Source of the DNA: Thermoflexales bacterium
GTDB taxonomy: Bacteria > Chloroflexota > Anaerolineae > J036 > Brachytrichaceae
Reading direction: 5' to 3'
NCBI GenBank assembly: GCA_025054635.1
Contig: JANWZM010000042.1
Coordinates: 1 to 46,528, forward strand
Length of the DNA stretch: 46,528 bases
A program made the translations under genes and the position numbers. The notes under the pieces were generated by a model. That model saw only the letters and a list, made by a program, of their open reading frames with translations, did not search any database and was not told where the DNA came from. Each line of letters opens with the position of its first letter. Position 1 is the stretch's first letter. Of the stretch, positions 16,405-26,060 are shown piece by piece.

Positions 16405-17981
16405 TCGCGCAGCCGGCGGCTATTGCTGGGATGGCGCAGTTTGCGCAATGCCTTCGCCTCAATCTGGCGCACGCGCTCGCGAGTGACGCCAAAGGCATTG
16501 CCCACTTCTTCTAGGGTGTGCATGCGACCATCGAGGAAGCCGAAGCGCATCTCAAGCACCTCGCGCTCACGTGGGCTGAGCGTTGCTAAGATCGAGCGCA
16601 CCTGTTGGCGCAGCAACGCGCGCGAGGCTGAATCGGATGGAGAAGACTCGCTCTCGTCGGCGATGAACTCACCAAGCTGGCTGCTCTGCTCCGAGCCGAC
16701 GGGTGCTTCCAGCGAAACAGGGTCGAGCGACATGCGCATGAGTTGCTCAACGCGCTGCACGGCTTGAGCAAATTTGCGCGCTAGCTTCGGCTCAAGCGGC
16801 TTACCTGTCGCGAGGGACTCACTGACGAGCGCCTGCTCGCGCTCAGTGAGGAAGTCCATCTCCAGGGCAAGCTCCTTCGCTGTTGGCTCTTGACCCTTCT
16901 CTTGGGTCATCCGCCGCTGCACGCGCGCCAGCCGGTTCATGAGATCAATCATGTGGGTCGGGAAGCGGATGGTGCGCGCCTGGTCTGCAATGCTGCGGAT
17001 CACGGCTTGGCGCACCCACCATGTGGCGTAGGTGCTGAACTTGAAACCACGCCAAGCCGCAAACTTGTCAATTGCCCGCAGCAACCCTAGCGTGCCTTCC
17101 TGGATCAAATCCATCAAGGGCACGCCGCGACTGACGTAGCGCTTAGCAATGCTGACCACAAGGCGCAAGTTGGCGCGGGTGATGTGGTTGCGCGCCTCCT
17201 CCGCTTGGTTTGCCAGCGCTTGCAGGTGCGCTAGACCCGTCTCGGGCATGGGCAGCCAGCTTTGAACCTCTTCCCATTCAGGGATCAGTTCACCCGTGTG
17301 CGCGAAGTGCTCTGCAACCTGGCGCGTGAAGGGCGCAGGAAGCGCGATCCCCGCGATGATGATGGTGTAGAGCGCGCGCGCCAGCCCTTCAAGTTTCGGG
17401 TCACGTCCCCACCCAATTGGGCGCAGGTACTGGTGCAAGGCGGAGGGATGAGGCGACAGCGCCAGCACAGGCGTTTCAGCAGCTTCGTAGAGCAGCGTTG
17501 CCAGGTCGGGTAGCGCAAGATCACGTTGGGCACACTCTGCCTGCACTGCCTGCCAGGACTGAATCAGCCGCTCGTAGATGCTCTCCCAAGGTGGGGATGA
17601 GGTGGGGTTTGTCTGCAAGCCGCGCACAAGCTGCTCCGCATCCATTAGGGCACACAGGCGCAGCTCTTGTTCAGCCGTCAGCAGCGGAGTAGCGCCGATC
17701 TCGCGCAAGTAAACGCGCTCTGTGTCGCCGAAGTCTCGGTCAGGAATATCTTCGGCTGAGAGCGTCTCAGTGCTGGTGTCGTCAAGGGCGTCAGTTTGGT
17801 CCGAAAGGGCAAGCGCATAAGCTGCCGCTTCAGCGTCAGCTTCCTCGTCGTCAAAAAGATCGACGGTCTCTTCAGCAAGAGACGCCTCTTCTAGGTCTAG
17901 CTCGTCCTGAGTCAGCAGGGGGTCATCCTGGACCTCATCCGACAGTGACTTGCTCTGCTCAGACTGATGGCGTGCTTTCAT
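16386..17981 (-). CDS. rpoD: primary (group 1) RNA polymerase sigma factor
   Basis: 531 aa. The N-terminus is acidic. Region 1.2 is [16 protein letters not shown], region 2 is [11 protein letters not shown]...[17 protein letters not shown]...[13 protein letters not shown], and region 4 is [10 protein letters not shown]...[30 protein letters not shown]. Confidence 0.92.
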   Translation of the reverse strand: MKARHQSEQSKSLSDEVQDDPLLTQDELDLEEASLAEETVDLFDDEEADAEAAAYALALSDQTDALDDTSTETLSAEDIPDRDFGDTERVYLREIGATPLLTAEQELRLCALMDAEQLVRGLQTNPTSSPPWESIYERLIQSWQAVQAECAQRDLALPDLATLLYEAAETPVLALSPHPSALHQYLRPIGWGRDPKLEGLARALYTIIIAGIALPAPFTRQVAEHFAHTGELIPEWEEVQSWLPMPETGLAHLQALANQAEEARNHITRANLRLVVSIAKRYVSRGVPLMDLIQEGTLGLLRAIDKFAAWRGFKFSTYATWWVRQAVIRSIADQARTIRFPTHMIDLMNRLARVQRRMTQEKGQEPTAKELALEMDFLTEREQALVSESLATGKPLEPKLARKFAQAVQRVEQLMRMSLDPVSLEAPVGSEQSSQLGEFIADESESSPSDSASRALLRQQVRSILATLSPREREVLEMRFGFLDGRMHTLEEVGNAFGVTRERVRQIEAKALRKLRHPSNSRRLRDYLSDL

Positions 17982-17995
17982 ACTCCAGTGATGGT

Positions 17996-19942
17996 TTAGT
18001 CGAACGCGCCTGCACTACCGCGTAAGTGTAGCGCCTTCTGGGCATAGAGCAACCGGCTTAACGCCAAGCTCAATTGCGCGTGGTGCTGCCGGATCAATCC
18101 AGGTGTGCCAATTCGAGTTGCTTCCTCGATAAGCGCAGACAGCGCAAGTCGGTCGCGTTCGGCGTGATTCAAACGCATACGGAGCGCGGTGCGGATCGCC
18201 TCCTCGCGCTGCCAGTTTGGGTCTTCAACGTCAACCCCCTGATGCAGCGCCCGAGCAGTGTCCTGCGAGTCAGCCGCGTTTCCGCGCAGGTCGTGGTCGG
18301 CAATCATCTCTAGCCAGTCATCGCCGTCGTCTGACGCACTGCCCCTCTCCCCAAGCGCAGCGCGGTAAAGCGTGCGAAAACCCTGGCGCAAGGCTGGATT
18401 GGTGAAGTCCTCCTCACCCAGTACTGTTAGCCCGGCGCGGGTCAGCGCAGCGTTGACGTCAAATATCAGCTCTGGGCGCTTCAAGATCAGCGCGAGCAGG
18501 TGCACTTCCAGCGCCCAGGCGGTTTGAGGGCGGCGCTCGCCGCCTGAGTTGGGTTCTTGTGCTGGGGACGTAGCAGTCTGCGACTTGTCCCTCGTGCGGG
18601 CACTGCGTTCTGCCGCCTGAATCGCTTGTGCCAAGCTGCGCTCGCTGACCTTCGCCCGTCGCGCCAGATATTGGACATACGTATCGCGCTGGATAGGATC
18701 GGCGGTGTCCAGCAGGATAGGCAGTGCAGCCTTGATCGCTTGCGATTTTTGAAAGGCGTCATTCACATCGTACTGGGTCAGCAGCGCCTCCAGCACATGC
18801 TCGACGATAGGGCGCGCCTTGTCAACTGTAGCTGACCAGGTCTCGGGCGACTCAAGGACGATCTCATCGGGGTCCTTCCCTTCGGGCAGCAACGCGACGC
18901 GCAGATCGGCGTTGAGCCGCGATTGGACGCGAATTGCGCCGCGCGGGTCGAAGCCGATGTCTGCAGTGCGCTCGAGTGACTCGCGAGCAACGTCCAGACT
19001 GCGCCAGATAGCCCGTGCTCCAGCCGCATCGGCGTCTAACGCCAGCACAATCCGCCCCGCTAGACGCTTGAGCGCGCTGAGCTGCGCTTCAGTCAGGGAG
19101 GTGCCCATGCCAGCGACGACGTTGGTAAACCCTGCCTGATGGCAGCCGATCACATCCATGTAGCCTTCCACCAGGACAGCGACCTGCGCGCTGCGGATAG
19201 CGTTGCGCGCTTGATCCAACCCGAACAGCAGCTGCCCCTTGTCAAAGAGCGCCGTTTGTGGTGAGTTCATGTATTTCGGCTCGCTGCCGTCTAATGAGCG
19301 CGACCCAAACCCGACCACCTGACCGCGCGCATCGCAGATCGGGATCATCAACCGACCACGGAAGCGGTCGTAACGCCACCCTGCCTCGTTCTCGACCAGC
19401 AGACCAGCGTCGAGCAGCTCCTGGCTACTGAATCCGCGCTCTGTGAGATATGCCGAAAGCGCGTGGTAATCTGCAAGGCTATAGCCCAGTTTCCACTTGG
19501 CGATAGTTTCGTCGGTCAAATGGCGTTTCTCGCGCAGATAACGCAGGCAAGGTTGCGCTTGAGGCGCACTGAGCAGCAGGCGGTGGAAGTAGGCTGCGGC
19601 TTCGGCGAGCGCTTCGCGCAAGCGCTGCTCGTAGCTTTGTGCGCGCTGCCGTTCTGGCGTCTGCTCTTCTAGCTGGACGCCAGCTCGGCGTGCCAACTCG
19701 CGCAGGGCTTCGCGGAACGTCCATCCCTCCTTCTTCATCACAAAGGCGAACACATCGCCCTGCTCGCCGCTGGAGAAGTCTTTAAATGTCTGAGTGTGCG
19801 GAAAGACAAAAAAGGATGGGGTGCGTTCGCTTTTGAACGGCGAGAAGCCTCGGTAGTTGCGACCGACGCGCGTGAGCTTGACATATTCGCCGATGACCTC
19901 GACGATGTCAAGCCGGCTGCGCACTTCCTCGACGACGGACAT
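17996..19942 (-). CDS. dnaG: DNA primase
   Basis: 648 aa. N-terminal [11 protein letters not shown]...GRNY.G..PF..E.TPSF. TOPRIM motifs [10 protein letters not shown] and [14 protein letters not shown]. Lies 14 nt upstream of rpoD, the classical dnaG-rpoD arrangement. See the finding on the missing zinc ligands. Confidence 0.9.
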   Translation of the reverse strand: MSVVEEVRSRLDIVEVIGEYVKLTRVGRNYRGFSPFKSERTPSFFVFPHTQTFKDFSSGEQGDVFAFVMKKEGWTFREALRELARRAGVQLEEQTPERQRAQSYEQRLREALAEAAAYFHRLLLSAPQAQPCLRYLREKRHLTDETIAKWKLGYSLADYHALSAYLTERGFSSQELLDAGLLVENEAGWRYDRFRGRLMIPICDARGQVVGFGSRSLDGSEPKYMNSPQTALFDKGQLLFGLDQARNAIRSAQVAVLVEGYMDVIGCHQAGFTNVVAGMGTSLTEAQLSALKRLAGRIVLALDADAAGARAIWRSLDVARESLERTADIGFDPRGAIRVQSRLNADLRVALLPEGKDPDEIVLESPETWSATVDKARPIVEHVLEALLTQYDVNDAFQKSQAIKAALPILLDTADPIQRDTYVQYLARRAKVSERSLAQAIQAAERSARTRDKSQTATSPAQEPNSGGERRPQTAWALEVHLLALILKRPELIFDVNAALTRAGLTVLGEEDFTNPALRQGFRTLYRAALGERGSASDDGDDWLEMIADHDLRGNAADSQDTARALHQGVDVEDPNWQREEAIRTALRMRLNHAERDRLALSALIEEATRIGTPGLIRQHHAQLSLALSRLLYAQKALHLRGSAGAFD

Positions 19943-20091
19943 TCGTTACGGGCAACTTTGCGAAATCACTCTCCAAGGGCTGAGCAATGGGCTGTATCCC
20001 TGTGCTCGGTTTAAGCGTCCACAGAGATTCTGCCACAAGTTCCTTCAACGACCGTGGATAGGGTTAGTGACCACGATGGAGACTCTGCGAT

Positions 20092-20119
20092 TTGCTAAAA
20101 GCTTAGCATGCTGTATGCT
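20092..20119 (+). promoter_or_regulatory. sigma70-like promoter TTGCTA-16 nt-TATGCT upstream of the DUF4870-like gene
   Basis: Direct reading. An AAGGAGA SD at about 20127-20135 is followed by ATG 20144. Confidence 0.35.
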
Positions 20120-20143
20120 CCTACCAAAGGAGATAGCCTCACG

Positions 20144-20464
20144 ATGGAAACACCAACCTCTGACAACCACCGACTGCTTGCAGCGTTGTGCTACCCGCTC
20201 TCCCCGATTCTGGGGGTCATCCTGCTGCTCATCGAGTCAACAAAGGGCGATCCCTTCGTTAAGCCGCATGCCGTACAGAGCATCGCGCTCGGGGTGGTGC
20301 TGCTGATTGTGGGGACTGTCTCCACATTTATCCCTTTCCTTGGCTGCGTTGTGCTGCTGCTCGCTATCGCTGTGACCATCTACTACGCAGTGCAGACCTA
20401 CCAGCTCAAGGCATTCGAGATTCCTGTCGTCACCAACTCCTGCAAGCAGCAAGGCTGGATCTGA
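20144..20464 (+). CDS. small integral membrane protein, DUF4870-like
   Basis: 106 aa from ATG 20144, with an SD upstream. LLAALCYPLSPILGVILLLIE...KPHAVQSIALG plus two further hydrophobic helices. The family assignment is from memory of the motif pattern. Confidence 0.6.
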   Translation: METPTSDNHRLLAALCYPLSPILGVILLLIESTKGDPFVKPHAVQSIALGVVLLIVGTVSTFIPFLGCVVLLLAIAVTIYYAVQTYQLKAFEIPVVTNSCKQQGWI

Positions 20465-20474
20465 CCCGCATTCC

Positions 20475-23400
20475 TCAGACACGCACAGCGACCTCGTCCA
20501 GCCGAAGACTGAGGGCAGTGCTGGCGCCGTCCGTGCCCATGCTGATGCCGTAGATCGTGCTGGCTGCTTCAACGGTGTGTCGGTTGTGCGTGATCACGAT
20601 GAACTGAGTGCGGTCGCTCAACCCTTCTAGCATCGCGCGAAACCGCCCGACGTTGCTCTCGTCGAGCGCTGCGTCAACCTCGTCCAGCACGCAGAAAGGC
20701 GTTGGCTTGACCTGCAAGATAGCGAACAGCAGCGCCACTGCCGTCAACGATCGCTCGCCCCCGGAGAGCAGCGCGAGCGATTGCGGGCGCTTGCCAGGCG
20801 GCTGGGCATGAATTTCGACGCCGCAGGCGTCGAGGTCATCTGGGCTCGTCAAAGACAAGCGCGCTTGCCCGCCGCCGAACAGCGCTTTAAACGTCTTCTG
20901 GAAGGCTTCCGCAACTGCCTCGAAGGTTTGACGGAAGGCAACTTGCATTTGGGCATTAAGCTCAGCGATGACCTGCTGCAGGGCAGCAGAGGCGCGCTCC
21001 AGGTCATCGCACTGCTCGCGCAGGAAGCGATGGCGCTCGTGCAAAGCCTCATACTCGCTTTGCGCCTCGAAGTTAATTGCGCCAAGCCGGCGGATGTGCT
21101 CCCGCACTTGAGCAATTCGCGCCTCTAGGTCCTCGGGAACAGACTCGGGCAACGGCGTCTGCTCCAAGAAGTGCATCACAGGGTCAGCTTCCGCAGGGAG
21201 TTCCTTTGCCAAGCTGTACTCAGCCAATGCTGCATCAGCGCGCTGGCGCAGTGCTGACAGGTCGTCCTGGCGGCGGACGACCTCAAGGGTTGCCGCGTTG
21301 AGCGCAGACTCGCGCTCGCGGATGACGCGCTCAAGCTGCTGGCGACGCGATTCAAGTGCATCTCGACGCTGGTCAAGCTCTGTCAGCTCCGTCTGCAAGG
21401 GAACGAGCGCTGTCTCAGCTTCTCGAAGGGTTTGCTCAGCGCGTTCAGCGAGTTGGACTGCTTGGAGCAACTCTGCTTCTGCGGCTGCGCGCTGCGACAT
21501 GCTATTGACAAGCGCTTGAGCGCGGATTTGCTGTCGAGCTTGCGCGGCGTGCAGGGCATTTTGGCGCTCTTGCAGCACGAGCTCGGCGCTGCGCAGCGCA
21601 TTTGCTGCTGCAGTCGCGCTCTCCCGTGCTTCATTCAGCGCCTGCAACCAGCCGCTGGCAAGTTGCGTCTCCAGACGAGCGTCCGCCTCGTGCAAGGCGC
21701 GCTGCGCCGCTGCTTGCGCTGCGACGCGCTGGGCTAGCTCTGCTTCCGCCGCGCTGAGCTGAGCGGCAACCTCCTGGAATTGCTGGTCAACTTGAGCCAG
21801 GTCAGCTTCGAGCATGGATCGCACGTCCTCGAGGCGCTGCACCGCGCGCTCCGCCTCGTCGAGTCGGCGACGGCGACTCATCGTCTCGCGGTTAAGCGCT
21901 TCACGGGTGCGCACGGCTGTCTCCCAGGTGCGTTGTGCTGCTTCAAAGGCGCGCTGTGCCTCATCGCGTCGCTGACGCGCCTGCTCCAGTCGCATTCGCG
22001 CCTGCCCAGGGTCGAGATCGAGCATCTGAGCGGTCTCAGGCTGTGTCTCTGGTACGGTGCTGCCTGCAGTCAGCGAGAGCAACGCTTCGGCGAAGACGAC
22101 CTCGCCGTTGCGTGTGATGCACACCGCATTCTCAGGCAGTGCTGCTCGCGCCACCTGGGCTTGTGCAAGCGTCGCACAAAGAAAGGTGCGCCCGAGGAGC
22201 TGGTCAAGCACAGGGTGAAGCCAGCTCGGCGCACGGATGCGCTCGAGCAGTGGCGTGACGCCTGCGCGTTGGGCAAGCGCTCTGCGCAGTGCAGCGCGAT
22301 CTTGTTCTGCCGCGGCAGCATGCGCGTGATTCAACAAGATCACCCCAAGACGTCCTTCCTTGCGGCGCGCCAGCCACGCCTGCAAGCGATCAAGCACGAG
22401 CATGGGGTCGGTCGCTTGAGGCAGATGCAACACAAGTGCGCCTAGCCACGTCCCGAGCGCAGCCTCGACCGCGCGCTGGTCTTCAGGGGCATAGCGCAGT
22501 AGCTTTGCGAGCACACCCTGGCTGCCTTCAAAGCCTGCGCGCTCCGCCTCAAGGGCAAGCGCGCCTGCGCGCATCGCGCCAGCCTCAGCGAGTTTTGCCA
22601 TCTGAAGGGTAAGCCTTGCTTCTGCTTCGGCAGCGGCATAGGCTGTTTGCGCCTGGGTGAGCGCCTCGCGGGCGCTATCCATCTTTGCCTGTGCCTCTTG
22701 AAGCTGGGCATCGAAGAGCGAGGCTTGCGCGCTTTCCTGTTCGGCTGCTCGGCGTAGGTTTTGAAGCGAAGCCAGCGCCGACTGACGCTGTGCACTTGTC
22801 TCGCTTAAGCGATGCTGTAGCGACTCTGCCCTTTGGCGGAGTGCTTCGCGTTGTGCGCGCAGGGCAGCAAGCTGGCTGTGCGCGTAGTTAACCGCCGCAT
22901 TTGCGTCGTTGAGCTGCTGGCGCGCGGCTCGCTGAGCGCGCTCAAGTTCGGCGCGTTCCGCTTGACGCTCAGCTGCTTGCGCTTGCGCTTGAAGCAACGC
23001 CTGTTGGCTTGCTGCATACGCTTCCTGCGCTGCGTCTAGCGCTGCCTGCGCCTCAGCAAGTCGCTGCATTGCCTCAGCGACCTCACTTTGGGAAGCCTCC
23101 ACCTCGCGTTGAGCAGCTTGGTGCTGGATGTCGGACGCGCGCGCGCGTTCGGTGGCGATTGCCAAGGCGCGCGCAGTGTCCGCATGTGCGCGGCGCGCTT
23201 CGTCGTAGCGTGTCTTCGCTTCATTCAGCGCAACCTGTAACGCTGTCCGCTTCGCAGCAACCTGCGCAGCCTCGCTCTCAAGCTCAGCGAGCGCAGTGTG
23301 TGCTTCAGCCAGTGCAGCGCGTGCCTGCGCTTGCGCTTCAAGCGCAGTCTGAAGGGCAGCTTTCGCCGCCCGATAGTGAGCGCCAAGCCAAAGGCGCGTC

Positions 23401-24074
23401 AGCCTCTGAAGCTCATCGTTCAAAGCGCGGTATTGGCGCGCGCGCTCCGCCTGGCGCTCGAGTTGCTTCAGGCGAGGCTCAATTTCGCTCAGGATGTCGC
23501 GCGCGCGCCCGAGGTTTTGGCGCACCTCCTCTAGCTTGCGCAGTGCCTCCTCACGCCGACTGCGGTAAGCAGTGACCCCAGCCGCTTCCTCAAACAGCGC
23601 TCGGCGCTCCTCAGGCCGCTGCGCCAAGGCGCTGTCCACCAAGCCTTGTCCAATGACTGTGTAAGTGCGCTCAGCCAAACCGCTGTGCCCTAGCAGGTCA
23701 GTTACATCGCGCAGGCGGACGCGGTTGCCGTTGAGAACGTATTCGTTCGATCCATCGCGATAGGCGCGCCGACCGATCTCAATTTCGGCAAAGCTAGTCG
23801 GGAAGAAACCGTCGCTGTTGTCGAGGGTCAGCAGCACCTCAGCCATGCTTGCGCGCGGGCGCTTGGCACTGCCGCTGAAGATCATGTCCTCGGTCTTTTT
23901 GCCGCGCAACAGCGAGTATTGCTGCTCGCCCAGCGCCCAGCGGATGCCATCAGCGATGTTGCTCTTCCCGCTGCCGTTTGGGCCGATGATGCAGGTGATC
24001 CCTTGACCAAATTCGAAGTGCGTCCTGCTGGCGAACGTCTTGTAGCCATTGAGGGTCAATGATTTCAGGCGCAT
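20475..24074 (-). CDS. smc: chromosome segregation protein SMC
   Basis: The start is taken at ATG 24074 (MRLKSLTLNGYKTFA...IIGPNGSGKSNIADG, Walker A). Long coiled coils flank a hinge region. The C-terminus carries the signature LLSGGERSLTAVALLFA and Walker B FCVLDEVDAALD. Confidence 0.92.
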   Translation of the reverse strand: MRLKSLTLNGYKTFASRTHFEFGQGITCIIGPNGSGKSNIADGIRWALGEQQYSLLRGKKTEDMIFSGSAKRPRASMAEVLLTLDNSDGFFPTSFAEIEIGRRAYRDGSNEYVLNGNRVRLRDVTDLLGHSGLAERTYTVIGQGLVDSALAQRPEERRALFEEAAGVTAYRSRREEALRKLEEVRQNLGRARDILSEIEPRLKQLERQAERARQYRALNDELQRLTRLWLGAHYRAAKAALQTALEAQAQARAALAEAHTALAELESEAAQVAAKRTALQVALNEAKTRYDEARRAHADTARALAIATERARASDIQHQAAQREVEASQSEVAEAMQRLAEAQAALDAAQEAYAASQQALLQAQAQAAERQAERAELERAQRAARQQLNDANAAVNYAHSQLAALRAQREALRQRAESLQHRLSETSAQRQSALASLQNLRRAAEQESAQASLFDAQLQEAQAKMDSAREALTQAQTAYAAAEAEARLTLQMAKLAEAGAMRAGALALEAERAGFEGSQGVLAKLLRYAPEDQRAVEAALGTWLGALVLHLPQATDPMLVLDRLQAWLARRKEGRLGVILLNHAHAAAAEQDRAALRRALAQRAGVTPLLERIRAPSWLHPVLDQLLGRTFLCATLAQAQVARAALPENAVCITRNGEVVFAEALLSLTAGSTVPETQPETAQMLDLDPGQARMRLEQARQRRDEAQRAFEAAQRTWETAVRTREALNRETMSRRRRLDEAERAVQRLEDVRSMLEADLAQVDQQFQEVAAQLSAAEAELAQRVAAQAAAQRALHEADARLETQLASGWLQALNEARESATAAANALRSAELVLQERQNALHAAQARQQIRAQALVNSMSQRAAAEAELLQAVQLAERAEQTLREAETALVPLQTELTELDQRRDALESRRQQLERVIRERESALNAATLEVVRRQDDLSALRQRADAALAEYSLAKELPAEADPVMHFLEQTPLPESVPEDLEARIAQVREHIRRLGAINFEAQSEYEALHERHRFLREQCDDLERASAALQQVIAELNAQMQVAFRQTFEAVAEAFQKTFKALFGGGQARLSLTSPDDLDACGVEIHAQPPGKRPQSLALLSGGERSLTAVALLFAILQVKPTPFCVLDEVDAALDESNVGRFRAMLEGLSDRTQFIVITHNRHTVEAASTIYGISMGTDGASTALSLRLDEVAVRV

Positions 24075-24085
24075 GCGCGGGCAAC

Positions 24086-24113
24086 ATTGTAGCGATTGCT
24101 CTTGCTGGCACAA
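24086..24113 (-). promoter_or_regulatory. sigma70-like promoter TTGTGC-16 nt-TACAAT; the -10 ends 11 nt upstream of the smc ATG
   Basis: The minus strand reads TTGTGCcagcaagagcaatcgcTACAATgttgcccgcgcATG. No SD. Confidence 0.35.
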
Positions 24114-24126
24114 ACCGCGCCCAGGC

Positions 24127-24154
24127 TTGTTGTGCGTGCGCTCCTGCCTATAAT
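24127..24154 (+). promoter_or_regulatory. sigma70-like promoter TTGTTG-16 nt-TATAAT; the -10 ends 12 nt upstream of the GNAT ATG
   Basis: The plus strand reads TTGTTGtgcgtgcgctcctgccTATAATctcgctgactcgATG. No SD. Confidence 0.4.
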
Positions 24155-24166
24155 CTCGCTGACTCG

Positions 24167-24760
24167 ATGGAGATTCACCCGGTCGAGCTGCATGGGCGCA
24201 CGGTTTGTCTGAAGCCGCTCCAGCTTGCCCACGCTGAACCACTATGGACATACGCCGACGACCCAGACATCTGGCGATACATGCCCTACGGCACGGTGGA
24301 TACTTTGGACAAGCTCGTAGCGCTTATCCAGGACCTGCTCAGCCGTCAGGCGCGCGGAACGGATCTGTGTTTCACCGTGTTTTATCTACCGACAGGTGAA
24401 CCAATTGGCATGACGCGCTACTTGTCCATCGAGCGCGCCCATCGCAATCTTGAGATCGGCGGCACTTGGTATGGGCGACCCTTCCGCAGCACGCTTGTCA
24501 ACCGAGAGTGCAAGTATCTGCTGCTGCGCTATGCCTTCGAGACACTTGGCTGTGTTCGCGTGCAACTTAAAGCTGACCTGCGCAATGAGCGCAGCCAGCG
24601 CGCCATCGAGCGCCTGGGCGCTGTCCGCGAAGGCGTGCTGCGTAAACACATGATCATGCCTGATGGCTACACCCGCTCATCGGTGATTTACAGCATCTTG
24701 GACGAGGAATGGCCTATGGTCAAAGCGCGGCTGGAAGCAGACCTGGCGATTGGCGTCTGA
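24167..24760 (+). CDS. GNAT-family N-acetyltransferase (RimJ/RimL-like)
   Basis: 197 aa from ATG 24167. N-terminal [20 protein letters not shown], and a core with LEIGGTWYG...[35 protein letters not shown]. Confidence 0.8.
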   Translation: MEIHPVELHGRTVCLKPLQLAHAEPLWTYADDPDIWRYMPYGTVDTLDKLVALIQDLLSRQARGTDLCFTVFYLPTGEPIGMTRYLSIERAHRNLEIGGTWYGRPFRSTLVNRECKYLLLRYAFETLGCVRVQLKADLRNERSQRAIERLGAVREGVLRKHMIMPDGYTRSSVIYSILDEEWPMVKARLEADLAIGV

Positions 24761-24827
24761 CACGGCGTCAAGACATGATGCCCTCAAGGACGCACGCAGA
24801 AAGTCTTTTGCAGGGAGAGAGGCACTT

Positions 24828-25985
24828 ATGAAAGTCGGTATCTTGACTGGCGGGGGCGACGTACCCGGGCTGAATGCAGCGATCAAAGCCGCAACGCTGC
24901 GCCTGATCGAGAGCGGCAACGAGATGATCGGCATCCGACGAGGATGGTATGGCTTGCTGCACCTCAATCCCGATGACCCAGCAAGCATCAGCCAGTTAAC
25001 CCTCAAGCTGGATCGCGGCGTGGTTCGCACAGTGGACCGCACTGGCGGCACTTTTCTGCACACAAGCCGCACCAATCCAGCCAACGTCAAAGCAAAGGAG
25101 GCGCCAAGCTTCCTGAAGCATTTGATCGATCCCAACCAGCCCTCAGCGCGCTACGACTTCACCGATCACGTGCTCAGGGTGCTGAGCTCCCTCGGCATTG
25201 ACGCACTAATTGCGATCGGGGGCGATGACACGTTGAGTTATGCGCTGCGCCTATACAACGAGGGCGTTCCCATCGTCGCTATCCCGAAGACGATGGACAA
25301 CGACGTGCGCGGCACGGATTACTGCATCGGCTTCAGCACCGCGATCACGCGCGCGCTTGAGTTCATCCAGAACATGCGCACCTGCGCTGGCAGCCACGAG
25401 CGCATTGCTGTGATCGAGCTGTTTGGGCGCAACAGCGGCGAGACTGCGCTGATCTCCTCCTACTTAGGCAACGTAGACCGCTGCTTGATTGCCGAAGTGC
25501 CCTTCGACATTGAGAAGTTGTGCGACTTTCTGCTCGTGGACAAGCGCAACAACCCCAGCAACTACGCCATGCTCGTTGTCTCGGAGGGTGCACGCGCAGT
25601 CAACGGCGCAGTTTTCGAGCGCGGCGAGGCAGACGCCTACGGGCATCGCAAGTTGGGCGGCGTCGGCGATTACATCAGCGAGCAGATCAAGGCGCTGACA
25701 GGCGAGCACACGATGTACCAGCACGTCGGCTACCTCATGCGCAGCGGTGCGCCTGATGCGCTAGACGTGATGGTCTCGAACAACTTCGGCACGCTGGCGG
25801 CTGACTTGGTGCTCAGCGGTCAAACAGGGCGGATGGTGGCGTTGCAAGGAGGGCGCTACACCAGCGTGCCGCTGAGCGAGGTCGGCGGCGGACCGCGCCC
25901 TGTAGACGTTGACGCGCTCTACGACGCCGAACGCTATCGTCCGCGCATTCGCGACGTGGCGAACAAGCCGATGTTTCTCTACTGA
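24828..25985 (+). CDS. pfkA: 6-phosphofructokinase, PfkA family (phosphoryl-donor signature resembles PPi-dependent enzymes)
   Basis: 385 aa from ATG 24828 (GGGAGAGAGG SD). Motifs [36 protein letters not shown] and MRSG. Confidence 0.9.
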   Translation: MKVGILTGGGDVPGLNAAIKAATLRLIESGNEMIGIRRGWYGLLHLNPDDPASISQLTLKLDRGVVRTVDRTGGTFLHTSRTNPANVKAKEAPSFLKHLIDPNQPSARYDFTDHVLRVLSSLGIDALIAIGGDDTLSYALRLYNEGVPIVAIPKTMDNDVRGTDYCIGFSTAITRALEFIQNMRTCAGSHERIAVIELFGRNSGETALISSYLGNVDRCLIAEVPFDIEKLCDFLLVDKRNNPSNYAMLVVSEGARAVNGAVFERGEADAYGHRKLGGVGDYISEQIKALTGEHTMYQHVGYLMRSGAPDALDVMVSNNFGTLAADLVLSGQTGRMVALQGGRYTSVPLSEVGGGPRPVDVDALYDAERYRPRIRDVANKPMFLY

Positions 25986-26002
25986 CCAAACCACAGAGCA
26001 AG

Positions 26003-26030
26003 GGGGGCGCCCTTTCTCGAGAGCGCCCCC
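26003..26030. terminator. GC-rich hairpin between the convergent pfk and dehydrogenase genes (possible bidirectional terminator)
   Basis: An 8-bp perfect stem (gggggcgc 26003-26010 / gcgccccc 26023-26030) with a 12-nt loop. There is no clean U-tract on the plus side. The minus side is followed by ttgctctgtggtttgg. Confidence 0.4.
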
Positions 26031-26060
26031 GATGCAGCTCGGTCGAACAGTAGTGCCGCT

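Noticed and set aside
20475-24074. The GC-rich, Ala/Gln/Arg/Glu-rich stretches of smc looked at first like DNA-level tandem repeats.
   Set aside because: I found no fixed period or near-identical units. The composition reflects the coiled-coil arms of SMC.
24075-24251. N-terminal extensions offered by the ORF track, e.g. smc to 24251, the dehydrogenase to 27731, the PduO-type gene to 11305, batA-like from 13857, GNAT from 24059, pfk from 24750 and the SbtA-like gene to 40286.
   Set aside because: The extensions are compositionally aberrant, run through divergent promoter regions or neighbouring genes, and precede conserved family N-termini. Those N-termini begin at internal ATGs that carry either an SD or a closely spaced -10 box.
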